Shown here one piece after another: positions 52,376 through 62,427 of a stretch of 64,000 nt of DNA. Origin of the DNA: Nitrosopumilaceae archaeon (GTDB lineage: Archaea; Thermoproteota; Nitrososphaeria; Nitrososphaerales; Nitrosopumilaceae); NCBI GenBank assembly GCA_965207375.1, contig OZ242274.1:1472001-1536000 (forward strand). Reading direction: 5' to 3'. Position 1 is the stretch's first letter, and each line of letters opens with the position of its first letter. The translations under genes and the position numbers were made by a program. A model generated the notes under the pieces. It was not told the origin of the DNA. It saw only the letters and a list, made by a program, of their open reading frames with translations, and ran no database searches.

Positions 52376-54172
52376 ATGCTAAAACCACCAATGGATCCAT
52401 CTCCCATTCAATATGAGGATCTCTATGATTATGATGCACGATATATCATACCTAAATTTCAACGCGATTATAATTGGAAGCTAGATCACATTGACGAGTT
52501 TTGGAATGATCTTATAGAGCAGTGGAATAATTGGAAAGAGAAAAAAAAGAAAAAAGAACGCACTCCTTATTATTTTGGTAGTATGATGCTGGTGAATAAG
52601 GATAAAGCAGATTCTACCTATCTAGTTGTCGATGGGCAACAAAGAATGACAACAAGCATGATTTTTTTTATTGCACTACGTGATTATTTTCTAGAATGTG
52701 GGAACAGAAATGATGTTGAATATTTCAATCGTATAATCTATTATGAAAACGAGGAAGAACAATTAGAGCCACGACTTGAATTGAACCGTTACAACAATCC
52801 CTATTTTAAAGAAAAAATAATTGAAGAAAAGGAAATAACCGCAAAGAAATTATCGATTGGTACAGGATATCGGGTTAAAGACCGAGAGTTGGCCAATTGT
52901 TATAAACAAATTGCCACAAAACTTGTTGATTTTAAGATAGAATCGGAAGATAAATCTGACCAACTCCGTGATCTAGGAGAGCATCTACTACGAAATTTTT
53001 ATGTGGTTAGAAATATTTTTGAAACCAAACAATTAGCTTATAGGATTTTTGAAACAATCAATCATAAAGGACTTCATCTTGATGAAAACGATCTAGTAAA
53101 AAATTATCTTATGGAATTAATTGACGATACAGGTTCTGTTGAAGAGTCTCAGGATGTCATTGATGCGGATGATAAATGGGAATGCATCATGTCAAAATTG
53201 GAAAGCGTTAAAATTAAAGAAGATTTCTTTCTGCGAACTCATCTTACAGCATTTGTTGGCAAGACTCCTAAAGATAAAATCTATGAGAACATATTGAAGA
53301 AAATAAAAACCAAAACACAGACACAGAGTTTTCTAAATGATCTAGAGAAAAGCACGGAGTTTCTATTCAAAATTAAAAATGCAGAAGATAGGGATTGGAA
53401 TTCGGATCAGGAGATTATTGATAACCTTAACGGATTAAATGCTCTAACTGATGGAGGAATGTATCCAATTCTTCTTGCGGCCTATGAAAAACTGAAACCA
53501 AACGAAATGAAAAAGTTGATTGAATTAGTTACAAAACTACATTTTCGTGCAAAAACTGTATGTGGTCTAAGCTATACATCGATTGAAGGATTAGTTGTAA
53601 AAATCTGTGATGGGTTGGCTAATCAGAATTATTCAATATCAGACATACAAAAAGAGGTGATTTCTTGGCCACAATATCCAACAGATGATGAATTTGAAGT
53701 AAAGTTCAACCAACTTGAATTATCATCATCTGCCAAAGCTAGATATGTTTTAACAGAGATAGAGTATAGCAAGACGGGTGGGCGTTCAACTGCATCAACC
53801 CACATAGTTCAAGACATACAAGTTGAGCATATAATGCCGAAATCAATTGATGGAGATTGGCATGATGAATTAAAGACACGTCCGGGTCTGGAAACACCAA
53901 CAAAAATTGATGATTATAAGAAAAGAAATCTCAACCGATTGGGGAATCTGACGTTATTGTCTTCTAATGCAAATGCAATCATTCAAAACGACGGTTATCA
54001 AAAGAAATTAAATGGAGATAGAAAATATTCAGGATATCGTAATGATAGATTGGAAATAACTTCCAGCCTAGTAAAATACAATCAGTGGAATGAAGAAGTA
54101 ATGAAGGCCAGAGAAGCTGATTTTTATGTTCATGCTAAAAAAATATGGGATTTGAAATTGTGCAGTATGTAA
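52376..54172 (+). CDS. GmrSD/SspE-like DUF262 + DUF1524 protein
   Basis: IPKFQRDYNW, VVDGQQRMTT, FETIN.KG; VEHIMP...LGNLTLL...N. Confidence 0.9.
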   Translation: MLKPPMDPSPIQYEDLYDYDARYIIPKFQRDYNWKLDHIDEFWNDLIEQWNNWKEKKKKKERTPYYFGSMMLVNKDKADSTYLVVDGQQRMTTSMIFFIALRDYFLECGNRNDVEYFNRIIYYENEEEQLEPRLELNRYNNPYFKEKIIEEKEITAKKLSIGTGYRVKDRELANCYKQIATKLVDFKIESEDKSDQLRDLGEHLLRNFYVVRNIFETKQLAYRIFETINHKGLHLDENDLVKNYLMELIDDTGSVEESQDVIDADDKWECIMSKLESVKIKEDFFLRTHLTAFVGKTPKDKIYENILKKIKTKTQTQSFLNDLEKSTEFLFKIKNAEDRDWNSDQEIIDNLNGLNALTDGGMYPILLAAYEKLKPNEMKKLIELVTKLHFRAKTVCGLSYTSIEGLVVKICDGLANQNYSISDIQKEVISWPQYPTDDEFEVKFNQLELSSSAKARYVLTEIEYSKTGGRSTASTHIVQDIQVEHIMPKSIDGDWHDELKTRPGLETPTKIDDYKKRNLNRLGNLTLLSSNANAIIQNDGYQKKLNGDRKYSGYRNDRLEITSSLVKYNQWNEEVMKAREADFYVHAKKIWDLKLCSM

Positions 54173-54430
54173 CAGAATGAATTTCCAAAAAATAAACACA
54201 CATGTTGTCTGTGATTATGTGCCTGATTTTTTGAACAGGTATGCAAATCTCATGCCTGAAAAATTTACGACTAGAGTTTGTACGGATCGAGAATAATGAA
54301 TAATATAAAGGAGAAAAACACCAAGTGTAACATGGACGAAACTAGTAGTGAAGAAACTAACAAGACTACAGATAATACCAACATGGATAAAGAAAATAGT
54401 AAAACAGACAATACCAAAATAGATCCAATA

Positions 54431-55955
54431 GTAAGTGTTAACGTCGTTTTTACCCATCTAGAGGTATTTTACCATCTCTTCTAGATAATTTAATCCGGCA
54501 TTTCTCCACGTCATCACACATGAAAACAAATTGCCCAATGTCTCCATGCTTTTCTCAGATCTGATTCCACCTCGTATTTTTCTGTGTACGACAATCTCAC
54601 GCAGTGCACGTTCTGCTGTATTGTTGGTAGGAGGTATGGTAGAATCCAGCACAAACCTGAACAGGTTTGGTAGGGCTCGTCCCAGCTTTCCCATGAATCT
54701 TTTGAGATTGTGCAATGGAGTGTATGTGTTAATAATTCTCTTTACACGACGATACAGATTGCGCCGTATTTTTTTGCGCCGTTTATACGAGATACGTGCA
54801 GTTATGGTATCTTTTGCATCCTCATAGATTTTTTTGAGAGTTTCTAGTGCACCCAGACATTTTTTACATCCACATTTTTGTGTCTCGTGGTGCATCTCAC
54901 GCATGATGTGAGCCCAGCATCTCTGAATATCGTATACAATGTACGGTTTGTGTCCGTCACAGATGATGGTTCCCTTCCAGTCATCTCCCAGTATCTCTTC
55001 GAGTACGTCTCTTCCCCTGCTAGACCGTACCACATACAGTGCAGTATTTGTACCTGGAATGTAAAATACCCACGCCCATACGTTTTTGCCGTTTAGATGT
55101 ATTGATGTCTCATCTATGTGTAGCAGGACTGCAGCCCTGATTGCCTTTAGGAGTTGTTTTGTGGGTGCCGTTAGGCACGCACCAACCATGGTTATTATGT
55201 TGTGTGCAGAAGCTGGAGATATTTTGATTCCCCTCAAGGTCAGTGCTTCTGCGTTTCTGCGGTGGGGCAGTCTGTCGATATAATTTGCTACTGCCTGTGT
55301 CACTATATTGTTGCCATAATTGCCTTTTGTAGGAAAATCAGTCTCTGGGATTATGTCTTTTTTGCCACAGCTTTTACATGAACACAAATCTACATGATGA
55401 CGTGTTGTTTCAGGTTGTACCTGTGGTGGTACCTCTGTAATGTCACGTATCTGTGTTTTGATAATTTTAAGATCTTTTGAGCCACACTCTGGACATTTTG
55501 CTGGCGTGTGTTGTTTGAATTTTGTAGGTTTTGGCTTGTTTGTTGCACCTTTGTGTCCCTTTGGTGCTCCTCGCTCACCTGTTGTTTTCTTGTTTTTATC
55601 CTTGTTTTTATTCTCAGTTTTCTTTTCTGGCATCTTGCGTGATTATACAGTATGTGCGTTATCATAAAATTGGAGTTTTTTATTAAGATCAGTGGCAATA
55701 GTTTTCAAATTGTGTATGTTGTTTTCTAACTCCTTTACTAGATCTTTTAGTTTTTTTTCGTTGTCATCTTTTTTTTGGATCATGGCATCTTTCAACTCCA
55801 TCATCTGTTCGAGTTTTAGATTCTTAGTTTATTCGGCTTTGTAGAGTTTTTTGAAATCTGTCAATGTATGGTTTGACTATTTGACCTCATTTAGATCATG
55901 TTGCCAAAAATTTGATCGTAAATGGTCAAAATCTAGGCATGGCGTTAACACTTAC
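54431..55955 (-). mobile_element. IS66-family insertion sequence, copy 2
   Basis: GTAAGTGTTAACG TIRs; highly similar to 3590-5095 in inverted orientation; flanks do not form a TSD. Confidence 0.92.
54458..55864 (-). pseudogene. IS66 transposase with N-terminal nonsense codons
   Basis: TAA at 55829-55831 and 55643-55645 relative to copy 1; catalytic part 54458-55633 open. Confidence 0.82.
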
Positions 55956-56076
55956 GCCAACTTTGAAGTTGTGTGAGTAACACAACATCAAAACCATAAA
56001 TTTTTACATCTAAATTAGAGACTATATTTCACAAACTTGATCAGCAGCCGTCAACTATATTCTTTACAAATTCTGT

Positions 56077-56274
56077 TCATGTGTTGTCTTTTTGTTCTCT
56101 TTGTCTTTTAATCTCTACTGCTACTGCCTCTTGAATTTCTAGAGGAAGATCCTCATGATGGATTAGCGACACGCGCAGGCCCATTATTATTGCCTGCACA
56201 TCTAGTTCCTCGTTTTTCATATGAGGAGCAAACGTGTTCTTAAATGTCCTGCTAGATGAATTCTGGAGAGTCAT
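56077..56274 (-). CDS. hypothetical protein
   Basis: 65-aa ORF only. Confidence 0.3.
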   Translation of the reverse strand: MTLQNSSSRTFKNTFAPHMKNEELDVQAIIMGLRVSLIHHEDLPLEIQEAVAVEIKRQREQKDNT

Positions 56275-56339
56275 TGCCTTTTAACACCACTATGTATGCT
56301 TGGTCGTACTCTTGTTTATACTTTAACGCATCACCAGTA

Positions 56340-56563
56340 TCTATGTGCAGTCTTAATAAAGACTTGGTTGGATTTTGCTAGTTGGAGTATGACTTTCACT
56401 AGAACAATACTTTTTCAAAAATGAAGGTCGGAAATGTATCTATTCGGGCATTAAATCCCAGTACCATGCTTCATCCATTCATTAGGGTCAAAGTGTAGTT
56501 AGTTCCCCGGGCATCGAATCCCATACTGTGATCACACAAATCCCTAACCATAATGATATCATC
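56340..56563 (-). ncRNA. putative IS1111-type bridge/seekRNA region (right non-coding end)
   Basis: ~220-nt structured region downstream of the IS110 transposase: closing stem GGTTGGGATTT / AAATCCCTAACC, two GGGCAT..AATCCC motifs, internal GTATCTAT identical to the element end. Confidence 0.6.
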
Positions 56564-57772
56564 TCAACTTCGCAGCTGACGTGCAGTGCTCTTTTGTCCC
56601 TCCTTTATACACGTCTCAAAATCAATCTGTTTAATCAACATCCAAAATACACTTTTTAATAATTTGGCAGCAGCTGCTACCCTGGCCTTTGACCTCCCAC
56701 GCCTTTTTGCAAGACGTTTGTAAAACACACTAACAGGCGTATATGATTCCCTTTTCTCGGTGACTGCTAGATGTGTAACTACTGCCTCGACAAGTGCGTG
56801 TCTTACTAGAGATGCGCCCATCTTTGTTATGTGTCCATGATGGACAGTATCTGCAGAACGTCTAACTGATGGAACCAATCCAAAATACGATGCCAGATGA
56901 TCTTCATCAGAAAACCTTGCAATATCATCTATTTCAGAAGACAACACAAGTGCAGTATAGTTGGCTATTCCGGGTATCGTGGTGAGAAGTTGTGCGTTTT
57001 TATCCTCCTGTACCTGTTGTTTGATTTGCAGGTTGGCATACGTGATACTGTCTGTAACAGAGGCTAGATTCTTTAGATGCTGGTCTATTCTCCAGTTGTT
57101 TAGCTGGAGCAGTCTCTTTGTATATGGTCCACAAAACGGCGTTCCAGGTATGTCAATGCCTTCCTGTAACAAGATTCCGTGTATCATGTTCTTAAAGCGA
57201 GTAGACTCTTGGACCATCTTGTGTCTGTATCTGACAAGCTGTTGCTTTTTTACAGTGTTTTCATCTGGTACATGGCATGCTGCAACATAATCTCCACGCA
57301 GGAGGTCTGCAAGTATTTGCGCATCTACCTTATCTGTCTTCTTTTTAGACTCTGCAATGAGCCTTGTTTTGTATGGGTTAGATAATGTTACGTCTAGTTT
57401 CAGCTTATCTGTGAGCATACGGTATATGCCGTACCATACAGATGATGATTCTAGTACGTATTTTGCATTCTTTGGCATTTTGGAAAACGCCTTTTTGATT
57501 GCAACCGGATTGCACTCTATCCTGCGGTTCTCATGCACCTTGCCGTCTTTATCCATTACTGCGACCTGCATGAATTTTTTGTGTAGATCTATTCCAACAA
57601 AGTATTTGGGTTTGGTTTTGGGGGTGTTGTTTTGGCCTGTCTTAGATGTCTTTACCTTTGAATTTGTTTTTTTGACAGACCTCACATTTTTTGGATTTTT
57701 TTTGCATAATCTGTTTGTTTGCTTTTTGGTAGCATTACCGGTACCATCTAAACCAGAGTTTTTTCGGGGCAC
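56564..57772 (-). CDS. IS110-family (IS1111-like) transposase/recombinase
   Basis: VGIDLHK, VLES, KTDKVDA DEDD domain; TIPGI and GLVPSVRRS C-terminal domain. Confidence 0.93.
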   Translation of the reverse strand: MPRKNSGLDGTGNATKKQTNRLCKKNPKNVRSVKKTNSKVKTSKTGQNNTPKTKPKYFVGIDLHKKFMQVAVMDKDGKVHENRRIECNPVAIKKAFSKMPKNAKYVLESSSVWYGIYRMLTDKLKLDVTLSNPYKTRLIAESKKKTDKVDAQILADLLRGDYVAACHVPDENTVKKQQLVRYRHKMVQESTRFKNMIHGILLQEGIDIPGTPFCGPYTKRLLQLNNWRIDQHLKNLASVTDSITYANLQIKQQVQEDKNAQLLTTIPGIANYTALVLSSEIDDIARFSDEDHLASYFGLVPSVRRSADTVHHGHITKMGASLVRHALVEAVVTHLAVTEKRESYTPVSVFYKRLAKRRGRSKARVAAAAKLLKSVFWMLIKQIDFETCIKEGQKSTARQLRS

Positions 57773-58013
57773 ATATGGTTAGTTCCGATTATAGATCACA
57801 GGTCACTATTTAGACAATATTTTTTGACATACCGATCCAAATAACGGAATAATCCTACCCATCTTAACCTTGAGAGAAAAAGATGGGCAAGATATCCCAA
57901 TAAAATCCGGAACACGAGGGTTTAAAGTATTTCAATCTGCACTAGGCAGGCTGCCCATTTCGTTTGGAACAGGAAACAACACGAGGTATGGACTCTCAAA
58001 CGCAGTCAACATG

Positions 58014-59095
58014 AGAGGTGATCCGTAATTATTTGTCATGCGTGTCTGCTGCCATCCAGATGCCCTGCCTCAATCAGGCCATCTGATCTAACCGCCACAA
58101 TATGCTGCGGTTTACCAAACCGCACACAATATCGTTGATCCGGTCGTATTTTATGAGTGGATTCCTGTATACGTTTCCCATAATACGCCAGGTCTTGACC
58201 CTGCGTATTGCATGTTCTACATATACACGAATCTTTGAGTGGATTTTGTTGTATTCTTTTTGCTCCTCTGTGAGCTTTGCACCCTTTTTCTTTTTGATTG
58301 GGGTGCACAGTATCCCTCCAGGAACCTCAGGTGCCCCTTGGTATCCTCTGTCTGCATATATGGTGACCTGTGCCTCATCAGGTATTTTCTCTGGAAATGT
58401 TGGAGGTTTTTTCTTGTATACTGTAACGTCATGTATTTTTCCTGGCGAATGACGTGTCTTGTGCACTATTATTCCATGTGTGTTAGTCGTGTATTGCACC
58501 TTAGAGGTGTGTTCTCCTGCCTTGCCAGAATAGTGAGACTTTTCCATGTCCTTGCGTTCGGGCCTTTGTATTTCCTGTTCTGAGGCATCAACAAAACATC
58601 TGAGACCTGGAAGAATTTCTTCTAATTCCTCAATGGAGGAAATTCTTTGCATCTTGTCATGTATTTTGGTAGGTATTGGAATGCATAGTTTTAGGATGGG
58701 CTCTATATGTGTAATAGAGCGCGATACTGATGCTTGTCCTATTCCAAACATGACTGCTGCTACATCTTGTGTGCAGTATGTACGATAGTAAAACAAAAGC
58801 AGCATCACCTGGTCTCGTACATTTAATGCGAATCTGCGGCCTGCACCTATTGCGCGCACTCTGTTTTCTCTAGAGAGCCTCTTTTTTTCTGCTCTTGGAT
58901 ACTTTTTTTCCACCTTAGATACTAACAAATCAAATTCTTTGGCAGACATGCCTGTTATGGCACGAAATCTTCTGGTATTTTTTACCAGTTTTTCATAGGA
59001 CATCATGAGTTGTGGTAGATTCGGGTGATATTTGGATCTTTTTGGTATTGCTAGGCGTGAAATTTAGGGAAATTGGCTAATTACGAATCACATCT
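58014..59095 (-). mobile_element. IS5-family (DDE_Tnp_4 / ISL2-like) insertion sequence
   Basis: 18-bp TIR AGAGGTGATCCGTAATTA / AGATGTGATTCGTAATTA; 3-bp TSD ATG. Confidence 0.9.
58074..59006 (-). CDS. DDE_Tnp_4 transposase
   Basis: VDASEQ, YSGK, HD, ADRGYQG, RVYVEHAI. Confidence 0.92.
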   Translation of the reverse strand: MMSYEKLVKNTRRFRAITGMSAKEFDLLVSKVEKKYPRAEKKRLSRENRVRAIGAGRRFALNVRDQVMLLLFYYRTYCTQDVAAVMFGIGQASVSRSITHIEPILKLCIPIPTKIHDKMQRISSIEELEEILPGLRCFVDASEQEIQRPERKDMEKSHYSGKAGEHTSKVQYTTNTHGIIVHKTRHSPGKIHDVTVYKKKPPTFPEKIPDEAQVTIYADRGYQGAPEVPGGILCTPIKKKKGAKLTEEQKEYNKIHSKIRVYVEHAIRRVKTWRIMGNVYRNPLIKYDRINDIVCGLVNRSILWRLDQMA

Positions 59096-59237
59096 ATGCT
59101 ACAGGTCATGTCAGTATACGGCGTGGCTGCCAACAGTGCACACCAATACGCTCCTTCAGGAATAGATATTCCAGGCGGAGACTGGCTTGTACAAAAGATA
59201 ACCCCAATCGATCATGACGACATGATAAAACATGGAG

Positions 59238-60222
59238 AAAAGATGTACACTGTACCGATGACATGGATTCAAACCCCTCCCTTACGGTTGATACAAGTAG
59301 AGTTACTACTGCTACTGTAGGCGATTATACAATAGTGTACAGATGTGTAGACTATTCTGGCAATCATGCCGAACCTCAGACTAGGACGATACACATAGTT
59401 GATACAGTTGAAAACAAAAATATTTCTGACAGATCATCTAGCCCGAGTACAACATCGTCTCGAGTCGGAGGTGGTGGATTTACCTTGGGTCCTGTAGCAG
59501 TTGCATACAATCAATGTGGTATACATAACAACTTTGTTCTTGTTGCAGCTACATATGGAGACAATCTTGCAGCATCTGTATCTTATGAGGAAACTACGAT
59601 TCTAGGACAAAACTACAATGTCGATATTTCAGAATATACCTCAAAGCGCACTCCAGCAAAATTGTATGCGTTTGATTTTGCAGATATGCCTACAGACGTA
59701 TACTCTTTTAAGATAAATGTGTATGATAAAAGTGGCAAAAAGGCCACATTGCCGTTATCCATGTCTGGTGAATGCTCAAGCGTGCATAGCTTTGATATAA
59801 TCAAGGGCATCTCAGTAGGTGATTCTTTGGGTGATATTGTATCTGGCACTGATGATAAACTATCCGGTGATACACTATCAGATGACATGACTGAACGAGC
59901 AGATGTTGATGTGAAACCTATAGAACCAATAGAGCCTACAGAACCAGTTGAACCAATAGACTCAGTTGAACCTGTCGAGCCTATCGCTCCTATAGAGCCT
60001 GTGGAACCTGTGGAACCTATAGAGCCTGTGGAACCAATAGAGACTATAGAACCCATGGATTTAGTTGAACCTATAGAACCTATCCGTGTTCAACAGATGA
60101 GTTCTTTCCCGTTTGTATTATCACAGGTATCAGATATTGTAGTATATGTCATACTTGGTGTATTTGTTGTAGTTGCTTTAGCATATTTGTTCAGGCGCAC
60201 GAAAATAACTATTCGCACGTAG
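59238..60222 (+). pseudogene. 3' part of the surface protein: Ig repeat, Pro/Glu-rich stalk, C-terminal TM anchor
   Basis: 59238-59723 duplicates 5203-5690; (P[IV]E)n repeats; hydrophobic tail ending FRRTK; 5' end replaced by IS debris. Confidence 0.8.
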
Positions 60223-60416
60223 CATATCGTAAGAGGCTATTGGGTCTAACATGACAAGTTTACGTAAATTGTGCATAGAATTGAATATACAGGAAACAGT
60301 GAATCTAGTCTCTTACTAGCATATCTGGACTGCACATATTCATGTCGCCTCTGATTCTATGTCTATCTTTTGAACATATCTGAAATTTTCATGCCTGAAA
60401 AATTTACGACCAGAGT

Positions 60417-60601
60417 CAGTATCTATGTGCAGTTTTAAAGACTTGGAGTATGGCTTTTGCTAGAACAATACCAAGTCAGAAATGTATCTATTATATCATC
60501 AAATCCTAGTACCATACTTCATTAGGGTCAAAGTATAGTTTTCTAGGGCATCAAATCCCACACTGCATCCACACAAATCCCTAACCATAAAATAATCTCA
60601 A
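60417..60601 (-). mobile_element. orphan copy of the IS1111-type right end / RNA region, without transposase
   Basis: colinear with 56335-56566, with deletions and substitutions; ends at the position of the transposase stop. Confidence 0.8.
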
Positions 60602-60654
60602 TAGCTTGAGCTAAAATTCGATCATTATTTATCAGTCAAATATAACGCTGTTTT

Positions 60655-61662
60655 ATGAAAATTCAATCCATAGCCTTTGTAGCAATTGCAGGTATAGCAC
60701 TAGGCGTCATGATAATGCTTGATGCAGGCCCAAAAGAGGATCAAAACAGGATAAGAGTAGCATATTTTCCAAACATAGGACATGCCATACCAATTATAGG
60801 GATTGAAAAAGGCATTTTTACAGATCACATGCCAGATGTTGAAATTCAAACGCGACTGTTTGACAGCGGTCCTCAAGTAATAGAGGCGTTTTTTGCAAAC
60901 TCGATTGATATTGCATATGTTGGTCCGGGCCCGGCAATTACGGGATTTTTAAATTCACATAATGGCAATCTAAAGATTTTAGCAGGGGCAGCTAGTGGCG
61001 GTGCAAGTTTCATAGTACATCCGGATTCAGAGGAAAAAAATTTTAGCTTTGATGGCAAAAAGATCGCAGCCCCTCAGATTGGAAATACACAAGATGTTTC
61101 TTTGAGGCATTATTTGTCGCAACACAATCTAAAAACAGCAGAAAGAGGAGGAAGCGTAACAATATACAATGTTGCAAATCCAGACATTTACACACTGTTT
61201 ACCAAAGGTGATATTGATGGTGCATGGGTTGCAGAACCTTGGGCCACCATACTAGAAAATGAGCTTGGCGGCACTAGATTATTTTATGAAAAAGACTTGT
61301 GGCCAGATAAACGATTTGCATCAGTGGTACTAGTTGCAAACAGCAATTATGTAGATAAAAACCCAGAAATTATCCAATCTTGGTTACAAGCTCACGATTT
61401 TACCGTCAAAGAGATAAATGCAGATAAAAAAGAGACAGGCAGAATTTTTAATGTTTTTATGGCTGATATATTTGGTAGAGGATTGGACCAACATATAGTT
61501 GACGAGTCACTATCCCACATTGAGATAACTGCTGACCCAATACCTGAATCTGTGCAACTGTTTGCCCAGCGTGCAGACAAGCTAGGTTATTTGGGACGAG
61601 ACGGTTACAATTTAGATGGAATTTTTTACAAGACGGATTCAAATTGGAGGCAGGACACCTAA
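60655..61662 (+). CDS. ssuA: SsuA/NMT1-family ABC substrate-binding protein
   Basis: N-terminal anchor; YFPNIGHA, YVGPGP, PQIGNTQD, AEPW. Confidence 0.85.
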   Translation: MKIQSIAFVAIAGIALGVMIMLDAGPKEDQNRIRVAYFPNIGHAIPIIGIEKGIFTDHMPDVEIQTRLFDSGPQVIEAFFANSIDIAYVGPGPAITGFLNSHNGNLKILAGAASGGASFIVHPDSEEKNFSFDGKKIAAPQIGNTQDVSLRHYLSQHNLKTAERGGSVTIYNVANPDIYTLFTKGDIDGAWVAEPWATILENELGGTRLFYEKDLWPDKRFASVVLVANSNYVDKNPEIIQSWLQAHDFTVKEINADKKETGRIFNVFMADIFGRGLDQHIVDESLSHIEITADPIPESVQLFAQRADKLGYLGRDGYNLDGIFYKTDSNWRQDT

Positions 61663-62427
61663 TTGAGCAAATTAGAGGCGCAAAATATTGTAAAGTATTT
61701 CATGCATGATTCACACAAGCTCAAGGCCTTGGGAGGAATAAATCTAAAGGTAGAAGCAGGAGATTTTGTGTGTTTGGTAGGCCCGTCTGGATGTGGCAAG
61801 TCTACATTTCTTAGAATAGTGGCAGGCCTAGAATCCCCTGATGACGGGCAGATTCTCTTTGATGGCAGACCCGTTACCACTACAGGTCCTGAACGCATCA
61901 TGGTGTTTCAGGAAGGTGCGTTATTTCCGTGGTTAAAGGTTCAAGATAATGTTGAATTTGGTCTCAAGATGGCAGGTATTCCAAAAGACGAGCGTGTCAA
62001 GATATCAAACAGATATCTAGACATGATGCAATTGACAAAATTTGCAGATTCATATACGTATCAGCTATCCACTGGAATGAAGCAGCGTGTAGCTATAGCT
62101 CGTGCACTTGTAATGGACCCTGATGTCTTGCTTATGGATGAGCCGTTTGCAGCCCTTGATGCACAGACGCGTGATCTTTTGCTTGTAGAGATGCAGTTGA
62201 TTTGGGAAAAGACAAAAAAGACCATATTGTTTGTAACTCACAATGTTGCAGAAGCCGCAATACTAGGTACAAAGATTGCAATATTTAGCAACAGACCATC
62301 TGTAATCAAAAAGGAGGTAACTAATAATTTTCCACGACCACGAGTAACTGAAGATGATGCAATGAAACAGTTTCAACATGGTATTTTGGCCCAATTAAGA
62401 CCAGAGGTAAAAAAAAGTGATTCATGA
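61663..62427 (+). CDS. ssuB: nitrate/sulfonate ABC ATPase
   Basis: GPSGCGKST, LSTGMKQR, LMDEPF. Confidence 0.88.
   Translation: MSKLEAQNIVKYFMHDSHKLKALGGINLKVEAGDFVCLVGPSGCGKSTFLRIVAGLESPDDGQILFDGRPVTTTGPERIMVFQEGALFPWLKVQDNVEFGLKMAGIPKDERVKISNRYLDMMQLTKFADSYTYQLSTGMKQRVAIARALVMDPDVLLMDEPFAALDAQTRDLLLVEMQLIWEKTKKTILFVTHNVAEAAILGTKIAIFSNRPSVIKKEVTNNFPRPRVTEDDAMKQFQHGILAQLRPEVKKSDS

Larger units (their letters stand above)
57830..59237 (+). pseudogene. N-terminal fragment of an ISH3-like transposase, split by the IS5 element
   Basis: excising 58014-59095 plus one ATG TSD rejoins ...LSNAVNM-LQVMS...IPGGDWLVQKI in frame; family call from recalled motif. Confidence 0.45.

Noticed and set aside
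59910-60085. P(I/V)E 9-bp degenerate repeats
   Set aside because: Typical Pro-rich stalk of a membrane-anchored surface protein
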